Source of the DNA: Naegleria gruberi
Lineage: Eukaryota
DNA: 64,000 bases
Strand: one strand, 5' to 3'
Assembly (NCBI GenBank): GCA_000004985.1
Contig: GG738903.1
Made by a program: the position numbers and the translations under genes. Shown piece by piece: positions 31,439 to 43,245 of this stretch; within the stretch, counting starts at the first letter, position 1; each line of letters starts with the position of its first letter. The notes below the pieces were generated by a model. The model did not search any database. It was not told the DNA's origin and saw only the letters and a program-made list of their open reading frames with translations.

Positions 31439-32431
31439 ATGAAACGTTTCTCTTGTGCACTTTCGAATACCTTTAAATTCGTCCAACCTAGACGAACGTT
31501 GCCGAATACTTTAAACAAGAATAATTTACGCAATTCCTTCCGATCCTTTCACACTAATTTTCCAATTTTTAATCAAAATGATCGAAATGCAAATGAGACT
31601 CAGAATCTTATAGACGAAATTTCCAAAGCAATTCGTGAACAACAATATTCGAAAGCGAAACAAACTCTCCGAGGATTAACCAAGAATTGGTTGGGATTTT
31701 ACAAATTCGATGATAATCAATTAGCTCTTTATTTACAGAGTTTAGTCTTGTTGGATTGTTCGAATAATGATGAACGAAAGATGAATCTAACACCCTTGCT
31801 ATTAGCTTCGAATAATGGCTATAAGAAAGCTCACTTAATGCTTGCAACTATGGCTTATTTGAAGGATTCCAATTTGGAGAATGAAAATTATAGAGTTTAT
31901 TTGAAGGAATTTGACGAAAGTGTGGATTGGAATGACGAAACATTGGTTCAATTGACCATTGAATCACATTTAAAAGAATTAATCCAACAATTTGATTCGA
32001 GATTTGCACATTTTGCTCTTGGAAAATTTTACATGAAAAATCAAAAATATCAAAAGGCGTGTGAAGCATTCACTCAGTCAACCGAGAAGAAATTTACAAA
32101 ATCTCAATTTGAATTAGGTCTCTTAATGAGAAATGGATCTCCTGATGGAATGGTTTCGAAAAATCCTGAACGTGCTCTCGAATTATTCAAAAAATCGAGA
32201 TGGGAACCACAAGCTCATAAGGAATTAGTTGAAATGTATCTGAATGGTGAAGGTACAGATCCAAGTTATTTGAAAGCAGCTTTTCAGACATGTATTTATT
32301 ACATTGTCAAGTTTGTAAATAGCAGATTCTTCCTCGTATTGCTATTCTTGATGGAATTATTACTTGCTCTTATGGATGCAGTTTTGTCTATCGTTTTGGG
32401 AATTGTTGGAATCTTTGGTGTCCTTGTTTGA
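31439..32431 (+). CDS. Sel1-like repeat protein with a C-terminal transmembrane anchor
   Basis: Sel1/TPR-like units (FALGKFYMKNQKYQKACEAFTQS..., FELGLLMRNGSPDGMVSKNPERALELFKKS..., LVEMYLNGEGTDPSYLKAAFQ). A hydrophobic tail (FFLVLLFLMELLLALMDAVLSIVLGIVGIFGVLV). A basic S/T/R-rich N-terminus that may be a targeting peptide. Confidence 0.55.
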   Translation: MKRFSCALSNTFKFVQPRRTLPNTLNKNNLRNSFRSFHTNFPIFNQNDRNANETQNLIDEISKAIREQQYSKAKQTLRGLTKNWLGFYKFDDNQLALYLQSLVLLDCSNNDERKMNLTPLLLASNNGYKKAHLMLATMAYLKDSNLENENYRVYLKEFDESVDWNDETLVQLTIESHLKELIQQFDSRFAHFALGKFYMKNQKYQKACEAFTQSTEKKFTKSQFELGLLMRNGSPDGMVSKNPERALELFKKSRWEPQAHKELVEMYLNGEGTDPSYLKAAFQTCIYYIVKFVNSRFFLVLLFLMELLLALMDAVLSIVLGIVGIFGVLV

Positions 32432-32647
32432 GTATTTCATGGATATTAATAAAAATTATCGTCGTCTTACTTCAGTTCTGTAATTTTTTCACCATTTTTA
32501 CTCGAAATCAGTTTTGTGAAGGAAATAACTTGTTGTAAGCACTTCAATATGAACATTTTCATAATGTCATGGAAAGGATAATTTCTCCAATAGGTAATTA
32601 TTAGATCTTCCAAGCAAATGAGAATCCCAAGTGATTGAACAACAGTT

Positions 32648-32687
32648 GCCGACTATCACCGACTGTTTCCGACTATTTCCGACTATT
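32648..32687. repeat. 10-bp tandem repeat, 4 copies (CGACTATTTC with variants), 70-110 bp upstream of the P450 ATG
   Basis: CGACTATCAC CGACTGTTTC CGACTATTTC CGACTATTTC, read directly from the sequence. Confidence 0.85.
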
Positions 32688-32755
32688 TCCGCTTTAAATT
32701 CTTCAAACTGAATCCTCAACATTGAAAAAACAATGTCAAAAAAAACAAACTCAAA

Positions 32756-34405
32756 ATGATTGGTCCAATACTTTTAGCATTGAGTTTAGCTCTCATTGGC
32801 GTGATTGCACTTAAAATCTACAAGAATATTCAAAAAGCAAAGGGAATTCCTGGTGTTTGGCAAGTTTTGGATAATTCTCCTTGTTACATTCCAATTCTCT
32901 CTCCATATTTTTATATGGGATCTGAAAATCATCTCATTGAGGTGGCAACGAAGAGAGGTGATCCAGAAACTGGTACTTTACGTATCACAACAATGAATCT
33001 TAATAGAATATTCGTTTCGGATAGAGAAATGTTGAAAGACATTCACTCTAGAAAGTTGGGTTTCTTCCCAAAATCAAAAACATTCCTTGAACCAACTGAA
33101 GTATTTGGTGGACACATAGTTTCGGCTCCAGATACCGATTCTTGGAAGAAACATCACAATACCATTTCTCCAGCTTTTAGCTCTAATAATTTAGAATACA
33201 TGTCACATGTTTCCAGTGAAACTGTTGATACTATGGCTCAATGCCTTTGGAATCCTGACATTGAAAGCAAAGGAGAACATGTAATTGATAGAGTTGACAA
33301 GTTATTTACCAATTTGACATTGGACATTTTGGCAAAATGTAAGTGTCTTCTATTTTACATTGGAAATTCAATTATTCTCATCACAATAATCACAACTAGC
33401 TGCATTTGGAGCAAGTTTCTCAATCTTTGTTCCAAAAGAAATGGAAAACACAAATGAAGTCATCATGGGAAGAAAATTGAAAGATTCAGTTGACAATATT
33501 TTCAATATTGGTTTCGTTATTAGAATTGGTTTTCCTAAATTCATGCATGCCACATTATTTAAATGGTTTGGTTTGGATAAAGATATTGACAGATTTGTTG
33601 AAAGAGTTCAAAACTTGATTGACCAAAAGAAAGAGGAAATTGAACGTGATGGAGAAGTTTCTACAAGAGATGTTGTATCATTGATGATTCAAGAGAATTT
33701 GAATAACAAAGAATTGACCAAAGAAGAAATCCTATCCAATGCTTTTATATTTTTCATTGCTGGTAAGTTTTCAGTTGACCAAAAACTAATTATTGACTCT
33801 AAACTCTTCAAATAATAGGAATGGACACTAGCTCAAATACATTGCAATGGTTCCTCTATGAAATTGCCAAAAATCCATCTCTCCAAAAACGTTTACAAGA
33901 AGAAGTTGACAACATTCTTCCAAACAAGAGAAAACCAACTTTTGACGATTACAATCAATTGAATTTGATCACCGCTTGCATTCATGAAACATTGAGAGTA
34001 CATCCTCCAGTGACCAGTGTTGCAAAGGATTGTGCCAAACCTGTCCAATTAGGTCCATTTCACATTCCAAAAGGATCTGTCATTTATTCATTCTTGACAG
34101 CTGCCAACAAGAATCCAAAAGTTTGGCCAAACGCTCTTGCTTTCAATCCAGATAGATTCTACGATCCCGATGTAAAATCCAAGTCTGCCAATGACTATAC
34201 CTTATTAAGCTTCTCAATGGGTTTAAGAAAATGCTTGGGAATGAAATTTGCCTTGATTGAAATGACTTGTGTTTTGGCCAGAATGTTGCAATATTATGAG
34301 TTTGAATTGTTGAATGATGAATCTGTTGATCCAGTGATGAATTTTAGTAAGCTAACTGTAAAGCCAAGCAATTTGAGAATTCGTGTGATTAAGAGAACTA
34401 ATTAA
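32756..34405 (+). CDS. cytochrome P450 monooxygenase; 3 exons (510 aa)
   Basis: Three track ORFs are joined by GTAAGT introns: 33339..33399 (61 nt) and 33763..33818 (56 nt). The splices recreate the AFG motif (ILAKS|AFGAS) and the I-helix FIAG|GMDTSSNTL. The ExxR motif (ETLRVHPP) and the heme-binding motif (FSMGLRKCLG) are present. An N-terminal membrane anchor is present. Model: join(32756..33338,33400..33762,33819..34405); the total of 1533 nt is in frame. Confidence 0.85.
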
Positions 34406-34626
34406 ATTCTATATTCATCAAGTAGTGGAAATACTTGTTCTGTATTGATCTAAAGAAAACCAGGTCCAACTCTACAAAGTTGTAAAACTCACAACCATTT
34501 AAGAAACAATTAAAAATAGAATGGAATGACAGTTAGGAATTCTCACGTTGTGAACCAACAATTTTAAACCCATCACGTGCTCTCACCAACCAAAAACAAC
34601 TCTTTAAAAAAAACAAATCGAAAACA

Positions 34627-36066
34627 ATGCAATACCATAGCACAAGACTTGGAACTGCATCTATCAATCTCCTAACTGAAGCCATTGATGAAACAATCAA
34701 AACAGGAGTCGAGGTTATGATATTCTCCTCTTCATATGAGAGTCCAGTTTCATGTCGTTGCACTTTACGTTGTGGCACTACTTTGTACTTGAATAATATT
34801 AGAGTTTACAATGATTTTGCTGTTAGTATTCAACTTGAAGCTTGCATTGATATTGGTACAATTTCCAAGATTGGAGTTTGGATTGGACATAAGGACTCTG
34901 CAACAATTAGTAATGGGTCGTATGTTGAATTGATATCAGATTGGGTTACTTTGAATGGTGAAAGTGAAAAGAAAGCTTATAATTACCCTGGCTTGTTTCT
35001 GGGTTTGTACTCCAACTCAAACAAATTCCATAGAAAATTACAAGCTGTTCGCAGTGATCATTGTAATCTTCCATTGACACACACCAGATATTATGCTAAC
35101 ATGGTTACTGGACATGCCAAGGAGAAATGTCCTGTTTTTGGTAGATTCACTGTGGATCTTTCAAAACCATTTTCTTTGAGAAGTTTGGCGTTTATTTATT
35201 ATAGAGATACCAATTTGATTCCATCTTTACAAAACTTTGAATCCAATGCACCTGTTGTCTCAGTCAACACTGTTGATGGATTTACCTATCATGGTAAATT
35301 TCAACCACTGGGAGAAGAAGGTGGTTGTTTATCTGATTTTGGAATTAATTCTAGTCTTATGTGGAAACATCATCCATTTGGTCTTAAGAATTCCAGATCC
35401 AAGAATGAAGTCACTAATCAATTTATTGATATTAAGGGTGAATGCTTTCTATCCCTTGGTGTTTCTGTATCTTTGAGCACATTACCAAACACAAATACCA
35501 ATCCAAGTAATATTTTACAAAATACATATAACAAAAATCAATGTAGTCAACCAACATTTTTTCAAATAACAGGTGATCAAAACGTAGAGCTCCATCAAAA
35601 GACAGACAAGGACTTTGAGACCTTCTTTACAAAATTTAAAGATCTGGTTTGTGATTGTGCTAATGATTTGGTTGATAAATATACTGGTGAATTTTCTGAA
35701 TGTGTCAGAAATTATGGTAAACTGTATCAACATTACGCTGGTGTCAACATTCAGCTTTTAGTTGAATCAGTTATCAACAATATTCAAAGTGGTTTGAATA
35801 TGAATGATGCAGGTGCACACATTGAATTAGTGAAACAACTTGTTGCAGACTTTTTAGGACATATGTATAATCACTATTGTGCTTTCATTACAAATATAAA
35901 CAATAATCAAAATGCATTGCCTCCAAAGGTTAACCAATTAAGGATGAATTATTATGCTAAAACTCAAAAAATAGCCGACAGTATTGCATCATTCCATCAA
36001 GACTTGGATAAGATTTCTAGACGTATCGATGCTTATAAAGAATGGAGACAAACAATGATGGAATAA
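34627..36066 (+). CDS. hypothetical protein (479 aa)
   Basis: Uninterrupted ORF from a true ATG at 34627; no recognisable domain. Confidence 0.5.
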   Translation: MQYHSTRLGTASINLLTEAIDETIKTGVEVMIFSSSYESPVSCRCTLRCGTTLYLNNIRVYNDFAVSIQLEACIDIGTISKIGVWIGHKDSATISNGSYVELISDWVTLNGESEKKAYNYPGLFLGLYSNSNKFHRKLQAVRSDHCNLPLTHTRYYANMVTGHAKEKCPVFGRFTVDLSKPFSLRSLAFIYYRDTNLIPSLQNFESNAPVVSVNTVDGFTYHGKFQPLGEEGGCLSDFGINSSLMWKHHPFGLKNSRSKNEVTNQFIDIKGECFLSLGVSVSLSTLPNTNTNPSNILQNTYNKNQCSQPTFFQITGDQNVELHQKTDKDFETFFTKFKDLVCDCANDLVDKYTGEFSECVRNYGKLYQHYAGVNIQLLVESVINNIQSGLNMNDAGAHIELVKQLVADFLGHMYNHYCAFITNINNNQNALPPKVNQLRMNYYAKTQKIADSIASFHQDLDKISRRIDAYKEWRQTMME

Positions 36067-36210
36067 TAACCAATCGAACAGGGCAACTATATTAACTCAT
36101 GTGTAAATAACAAAATAAACAATATTCAACAAATAATCTCCCAATTATTTTTCAATTTTCAATAATTTTAATTGACGATCTTATATTTGTTATTATTTAA
36201 TTAATTACAA

Positions 36211-37512
36211 TCATTGATTTAAACATTGTTGTAAAACTGATATCATTGTTCTCCTACTTTCTGGAATTAAGCAATGAACCACTGGATAGCAATGAAATTG
36301 ATAATCTTCAGTAATGACCACTAATTTATCCTTGTTTACATTGCTTACTTTGGAATTTAACAATTTTACGAAATATTCCATTCCAGGAGCCATTTCTTCA
36401 TGTTTACTATAATTGATAATCCACTTGGATTTGAAGAATTTCGAATACATTTCAGAATCTTGAGATTCCAATTGTTGCATATTGGATAATATTGAGAAAT
36501 TGTCTCTATCTGATTCAGATATACATCTATCTATTAATTCCATCATGTCTCTTGTCAAAACAATTACATTTTCCTCTTTCCACTCTTCCTTAGTTACAAT
36601 TTTTGCTGAAGTATCACATGGAGGAGAAAATAGAGCAATAGAATGAACTGGCCATACCTTCAAATCTCCATAATTCATTAATTGAAAAGCCATCATTGTC
36701 AAGTGACAGGCTCCAGCTGAAAAACCTGTCAAAATAATATCCTGAGCTGGAATTCCCTTTTCTTCGATTAAATATTTGAAACATTCTTTACAATCTTCCA
36801 ATTGATCTGTTAGCGAATGTGTCAACATTCTTCTATCCATATTTTCGTGATGAGCTGGATCTTCAACTAATCTATACTCAATTGACAATATGTGTGAGCA
36901 TTTGACTTTTGACGTTTTGTTCACTTGTTCGATACCATACATAATTGATTGAGCATCCAAACCTAAAGGATTACCTGAGATGAAACCTCCACCATGAGCA
37001 AATAACATAACTTTTCCTCTTTTTTCACAATTTTTCATTGTAATCCAATACGAATCTCTCAATTTCTCAATCTTTTCAACCTTCTCTGCACACCCAAACC
37101 AAGAATCGTCCAATTTGGGATAGAAACGATTCTTTTGAATTCTTGTTTCCATTCGATAATCAACAACTGAATTACGTTTCAGATTTCTTCTTCGCAATAG
37201 CAAATTCCACAAACGGGATTCATTCGATAATTGAGCAGCACTAGTATCCTCCACCTCGTCGTATAAAGTTCCATATCTATCACAACTTGAACATAACTGT
37301 TTCAACCACTGATAAACAACGTAAAAAAAGACTGCCAATGGAAAAATAGCTCTGGCTAGGAGGTACTCGAATGACGGCATTTTTTTAACTGAATCAGCTC
37401 TATTAATGGTCTTGGATCTAGACACCGATGAGGAGTATATTATTTGAGGAATAGGAGAAAGGAGTTTGCGGTAACGAATCCATCCATTACAATCAGATTC
37501 CTGAAAGATCAT
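36211..37512 (-). CDS. alpha/beta-hydrolase fold-3 esterase/lipase (hormone-sensitive-lipase / AADAC-like)
   Basis: 433-aa ORF from a true ATG at 37512. Oxyanion-hole motif HGGGF (LFAHGGGFISG) and nucleophile GFSAG (GxSxG). An N-terminal hydrophobic anchor (AIFPLAVFFYVVYQWL). Confidence 0.75.
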   Translation of the reverse strand: MIFQESDCNGWIRYRKLLSPIPQIIYSSSVSRSKTINRADSVKKMPSFEYLLARAIFPLAVFFYVVYQWLKQLCSSCDRYGTLYDEVEDTSAAQLSNESRLWNLLLRRRNLKRNSVVDYRMETRIQKNRFYPKLDDSWFGCAEKVEKIEKLRDSYWITMKNCEKRGKVMLFAHGGGFISGNPLGLDAQSIMYGIEQVNKTSKVKCSHILSIEYRLVEDPAHHENMDRRMLTHSLTDQLEDCKECFKYLIEEKGIPAQDIILTGFSAGACHLTMMAFQLMNYGDLKVWPVHSIALFSPPCDTSAKIVTKEEWKEENVIVLTRDMMELIDRCISESDRDNFSILSNMQQLESQDSEMYSKFFKSKWIINYSKHEEMAPGMEYFVKLLNSKVSNVNKDKLVVITEDYQFHCYPVVHCLIPESRRTMISVLQQCLNQ

Positions 37513-37579
37513 GACTAAATTATTCCACTATGTAAGTTATCAATGCTATTCAAAATGTTTTTATTGAAAGAGTCAAAAT

Positions 37580-40500
37580 TTACTTCTTGTATTGTGTTTG
37601 AAGCATGTTGAGATAATCGTGAGCAGAATCTTCTGTAGTTGTTTGTTTTTGTACTCTGTTTTGTCTGTGCTTGGCTCTTGATTGCTTGAACAATTCTGAT
37701 GGATTGTAATCTTCGGAGGATGTTGAAGCAGTAGATGAAGATGAGGATGCCTCTTGTGTCTTGGTTTCTTGTTGTACTTGTTGGGAGGAACCTTCTTGTT
37801 GAACTTGTTGAGATTCATTTTGTTGTAATCTTCTCTTTTCATGTTTTGGCTTTCCATTCTTACCGAAATTAAATGGGTGTTCATTGGCATTGTTTGCTTC
37901 ATTAGAATTCAAAATCTTGAAGGAACTTCCATTGTTAGTATTCTTATTATTGTTATTTGGTTGGAATTGTCTTTGCTTGTATGGTTGTTGTGGTCTTTGA
38001 TTGTTTGGTTGTTGAGTTTGAGGAGAGGCTGGTTGTTTTTGATTATTTTGAACCTTTGGCATATCATAATTGTAGCTTGAAGTGGTAAAGTAATGTTCCT
38101 TAGTATAGTCAACATTTTGCTTATAGCTATACTTCTTTTGTTCATTATCATAAACTCTAATGTACTTCTTCTTGTCCAAATTAACCAAAGATCTCAAACT
38201 GACAATAGCACCTCTAGCAGTGGACAATCTGGAACCAAATGTTGAACCTCCAACAAATTCTTCATCAAAAATAACTTGCCCATTATCACCATCAATACCA
38301 ACCAAAGTACCAACAAGACCGAATCTAGCAGAACCAGATCCACTCATTTGCATGACACGATGTCCAAGAGCAAAATCAGCAATATAGAAAAGATTTGGAC
38401 ATGGATCTTCTGGTTTGTGCACAAATACAGGATCAATAACAATAGATTGCAAGGCAGGTGTTTGAGCAGGTTGTTTGCTGAATTCAATAGCTGCTTCTTC
38501 AATAGCCTTCAAAGCAGAAACTGGTAAAACATCTTGTTCAATATCAACAAATGGCAAGCTACGGAAACCTTGTTCATCAATCCACTTGGTAATTTCAGCA
38601 ACCTTTGTTTGATAGTACTTGTCCTTTTCATGATTATCCTTCAAGGTATTAGGGAAGAAGAGTTCACATCTGAATGGAATATCTTGCTCAAGTTTGGCAA
38701 CAAAATCTGGGAATGCTTGACAAAAGTTGCCAATAAGTGTCATTGCCTTATCGGAAAGTTCCCAATCACCAAAAGTACCTCCAACAGAGAACTTATTAGA
38801 AAGAGGTTTGGTGAACAAACTACCACCATCAAAGTTGAGGAAGTATGAGTCATCGAGATTTTGCTCATTAAAGTCACACTTGCAATATCCAACAATTCTC
38901 TTTGATGACTTCTTTGATCTTAATCCTAAACCGACATTTGGAGTGAGTTTGGTATTTGACAATTCCAATCTAATACTACCAATCAAGAGACCCAAAGCCT
39001 TCTTTGTCAAACCAAGTCTCTTAGAAGCAATATGGAGAGGCACGTACTTTTCAGCAGCAAACTCGGTAACAGCTTCCTTAGGGAACTTTGGTCTAGGAGT
39101 TTGATCAGAGTAAGGAGTGGTGAGTGAAACCTTGAGGAATTTCTTATCATAACCAGCAACCTTACCCAAGGAGGCATATGATTGATCTCCCAAAACAAGA
39201 ACAGTACTATTGACTGGATATTCCTTTTCAACAGCTTGTGGACCTGTTTCAGCAAACTTGCTATCTGGAGTTGGTTCATAATCATCTGGAAGGACAATCA
39301 ATGAATGTGGATAAGCAAATTCATCTCTGTGGAATGATTTCTTGATACCAAACTTGTCACGTTTCATTCCCTTGAATAACTTGACAAATAACAACACTTT
39401 AACATTACCAATATCAAGACCATATCTTCTCAAAAGTACATTCTTATGATAAGAATATTCCTTTCTAAACATTTCAGCATCCCTTTCATTGTGATATTCT
39501 GGTTCACTATTTTCAAAATAGCTTGCTCTTTCATCAGCAATGCTGGACAAGATACCCAATCTTGGGTATGGATATCCAATGTAAACCTTCTTACCAATGT
39601 ACTTACTCAAACCTTGAGCGGCCTTGACAGATTCTTCAATTACAAATTCATCATCCATCATTTGATCCCTTGAGTATTGAGGGTTCATGTTGATAACCAA
39701 ACTTGGCTTTTTACTTGGATGTCCAAAAAGTGCAATACCAACATCCTTCTCTTCAACTTGAGTAGTCTTACAATCTAAAACTGGGAATCCCTCCAAGTTA
39801 TGCTTTCCAATCTTGACACCATCACATAGCTTTGGCAAGAATTTTTCATATTTTGGAAGTTCAATAACTTGTTCCTTAACGTGAGAGTTAATAATTTCAG
39901 GAAGAGAATTATCTTCAAGGGAAGAAGCAACATTGACTGAGACAGAAGTGTCATAGGTAAAGAGGAAATTGTCTCCAAATCTATTTCTCTTCTTTTCAGC
40001 TTCACTCAAAAGAGAATCATCAACACTTTTGATAGCTTCCAATAAACGATTTTCATCAATGAAAGGCAACAAGGAAACTCCTTCATAATCATACTTGGTT
40101 CCTTCACGATCAATGAAGAATTCCTTTGGATAAAAATCATGGATTGGTGATGATTCCAAATAGAGTTTACGGAAAGGTTCTGGGAGAATCTTGCAACTTC
40201 CTTCTGGTAGGACACCCAAAAGTTGTTCAAAAGGTCTGAATGGTGTACCAGCATCAAATACGATATCAGCAGCATATTGGCCAATGTTGACAAGGTCTGT
40301 AGCAATTGGTGCATAGTGGAATGGATAGAACCATCTCCAAGAAATCAATTGATTGTAATAATATTTAAATACCCATACAAGACCTTCAGCATATGAACGA
40401 ACAACCTTGGCAACTTCTTCCTTATTATCGTAATCAATGTTGAGTTTAGTTTCATAGTAAGCCTTATGCCAAACGTTAAAATCGAAACCATTGTCACCAA

Positions 40501-42159
40501 TAGACTTTAACAAGAGGTCATTGACTTCTTCAACTTCTACACCTTCTTCATCTTCAAGATCCTCATCAGCATCAACTCCGTAATTTACAGTTGCTGGAGC
40601 ATTGAAATCCATAACACTGGACATGCCGACAACTAGTCCCATGTCCTTTTCAGTGTGATCACCATCATTGACAAACAATTCCTCTTGTTGGAGTAAATGT
40701 TTCTTCAAGCTTCCTGGTGAAAGTTCATTAGCAAATGAATCGAGAACACTGGAGGCATTTTCTACAGTGGCCTCGGTTTGTGGATGGTTAACAGAATTTC
40801 CGACTGATTTGAATCCTTCGGAATCAACCACTTGCTTAGCACCTCTTCTTCTTCTAGTCTTTCTATTTTCTCTCAACCTAGCAGTATATCTTTGTTCCAT
40901 CATTGATGATTCTTGGGAAGCAAGAGCTCTAACGAAATCTTGCACACGTTCCAAGTGAACATCTCCTAGCTCAGTTAAATAACCTGATTTTGGTAAAATT
41001 TGCTTGTAAATATCAATCATTGTGTTAATACTTCCTTCTTTGATATCCAATGTTGGCATGTGAGGAAGGAAATCGTTACCAGTAAAGAATATGAAAAATA
41101 CAAAGTCATCAATAATTCTTTCCAAATCATATTCGAATGAAAGTTTTTGTTCCAAAAGAGCTTGTCTAAACTCGAAATCTAAATATTGTCTTAATGCACA
41201 TAAATGTAACAAGTGGAACTTTTCAGCGAATGGCTTATTACTAGACTTTTCTTTAGAATCATTATTTCTATATTGTTCAAAGACATCTTCACGAAGAAGC
41301 ATAAAGTGAGGTTCGTGAGTAACTAATCCTAGACAAATCAAGTCAGCATCAAGACCATACAAACAATGTCTTTCGTTTGGTTGATAACCAGCTTCCATCT
41401 TTCTACCACGAATAAAGTTCATAATCTTGTGTTCACCTTCACCTGGCACTTCGTGTCCTGACAAGATAACTTTACATTGTTGCCATTTGATATCTGTTTG
41501 CATCTTGCTATGAATGAAATACTTCAAATGCATACTCAATTTGGCCATAAATTCTGTTCCTGGAGTGATACAGTTAGAATCGAACAAGTTGTCCCTTTCA
41601 GGCACTTTTTCTCCTTTTTGTTCGAGCTTTTTACGTAATTGTTGTTCATCAAAAACTTTTCTAAAACGTCTCGATCGTTGTTGGTTCATCTTGGCTCTTG
41701 GTGCAACACCATCCAAAGCTAAGAAGAAGTGTTTGGAAGGCTTAATCAATTGGAAAAGTTGATCAATGTAACGGAAAATCTTCAAAATCATTTCCTTCTC
41801 GGTTAATTGAGCCTTTAATTCATCATCCTTGTGTGTACAGTTGTGAATAATACCGTTCATATCAAGGTATAAATTGTCTGTCATTATGTTGATGATGTAA
41901 TTTGATATAATTCAAATAAATTTAATATTATTATTATTTGGTGATGAAGTTTGTAACAATTATATGGTATTATATTAGATGTATTATTAGTATATTGTTG
42001 TATGAGGTTGTTAGTGATGGATTGAAAAATGTCAAGTTAAAATCTTGTTGTATTCTAACAATTAAACTTACCCACAGTTGGTATAGTTGCCTCAGTAAGT
42101 GAGGAAGCAATACATGGATATCTTTCAGAGAGCCATTTGAAAAGTCTTGGTACACCCAT
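37580..42159 (-). CDS. XRN1: 5'-3' exoribonuclease XRN1; 2 exons (1461 aa)
   Basis: The track ORF (1434 aa) begins at TDNLYLDMNGIIHNC and so lacks the conserved N-terminus. Upstream on the minus strand, exon 1 runs 42159..42072 (MGVPRLFKWLSERYPCIASSLTEATIPTV). A GTAAGT...GACAG intron (42071..41878, 194 nt) joins it to exon 2 (41877..37580). The splice recreates ...IPTV|DNLYLDMNGIIH. The XRN N-terminal catalytic domain has Q/N/P-rich C-terminal tails. Confidence 0.9.
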
Positions 42160-42618
42160 ATCTATTCTATTTTTCTACTACTACTATTAATCTAGTTTTG
42201 TTCTTATATATACAATAATTACAAATTATATTATTCAATAATTTGTCTATTATCCAAATTCGCTCTCAAGAAGATGCTACTCTCTCTTGTCTTTAAAAAA
42301 ACACACAATGCACGTTGCTGTTGTGATTTGTTGTTGTTGTCGTCTCGAGATGATGAATCAACACACACGATAATAAATATTATCTTTCGATATTTTTTAT
42401 AACTTATTTTTGGATCACAACATCCTTCAATAAGCTTTTGTTAAGTGGCTACGAGCAACAAGTCAGAGAATGAATATTCAATCTCAACAATCACAATTCC
42501 CAACCTAACAAAAGCATGATTGATCAATTTTAAGAATGCACAAGCTTTCCCTTTCAAAGTTCCATCACAAAGAATTAAAATTTTAAAAAAATTAATAAAA
42601 TATTAATAATATTAAAAA

Positions 42619-42999
42619 ATGTCGAATAGGAATTTGATGAATCTTGCCCAGGTGTTGGGAATGTTGGCGAATAGGGATCGTGATGATGATGTAATTATGG
42701 GAAATTCATTATCCTCTTCATCTTCAGCCTCTGTTGATTCTACTTTGGAATCTTTCCTCTCCAATAATAACAATAACAATGAAAGTAAATATTTCGTTAT
42801 GGATAGAGGAGGCTCCTCCAATTTATTTGATCAAACTCCTTCACTCTTTTCTACAATGGGAAGTGGTGGATTTCGTGCCATGGCAAAGCCTTTCGATGAA
42901 GATCTTCGTCAATATATTCAAGATCCCTATATTCGTGATCGTGAAGTGGAAATGCGATTGAAAGCAATGAAGGACGATTTCAAGATTCCAAAGAATTAA
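42619..42999 (+). CDS. hypothetical small protein (126 aa)
   Basis: ORF from a true ATG at 42619 in the promoter-distal gap after XRN1, with an S/N-rich low-complexity middle. Support is weak. Confidence 0.35.
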   Translation: MSNRNLMNLAQVLGMLANRDRDDDVIMGNSLSSSSSASVDSTLESFLSNNNNNNESKYFVMDRGGSSNLFDQTPSLFSTMGSGGFRAMAKPFDEDLRQYIQDPYIRDREVEMRLKAMKDDFKIPKN

Positions 43000-43245
43000 T
43001 TGGAATTAATTTGATTATTATTCAAACACTCAACTACAAATGTATTGAAACAATGAATAATTATATGTACAATGAATAATGTAAATTACTAGTCACTCAT
43101 CTCAGCATGAACCAAATGAAACTCTAATGTTAGCATTATTTCTGTTAACAGAAGAATAAATATACAGAAATATTAACATCATAAAAGATCAAATATCGAC
43201 AATTTACATTTACAATTGCTTACAAAATTTCCAAGTACGAAAAAA

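Noticed and set aside
37573-38151. ORFs 37573..37902 and 37909..38151 on the minus strand
   Set aside because: They are other frames within the XRN1 C-terminal low-complexity tail, have no independent start context and are nested in a verified gene.
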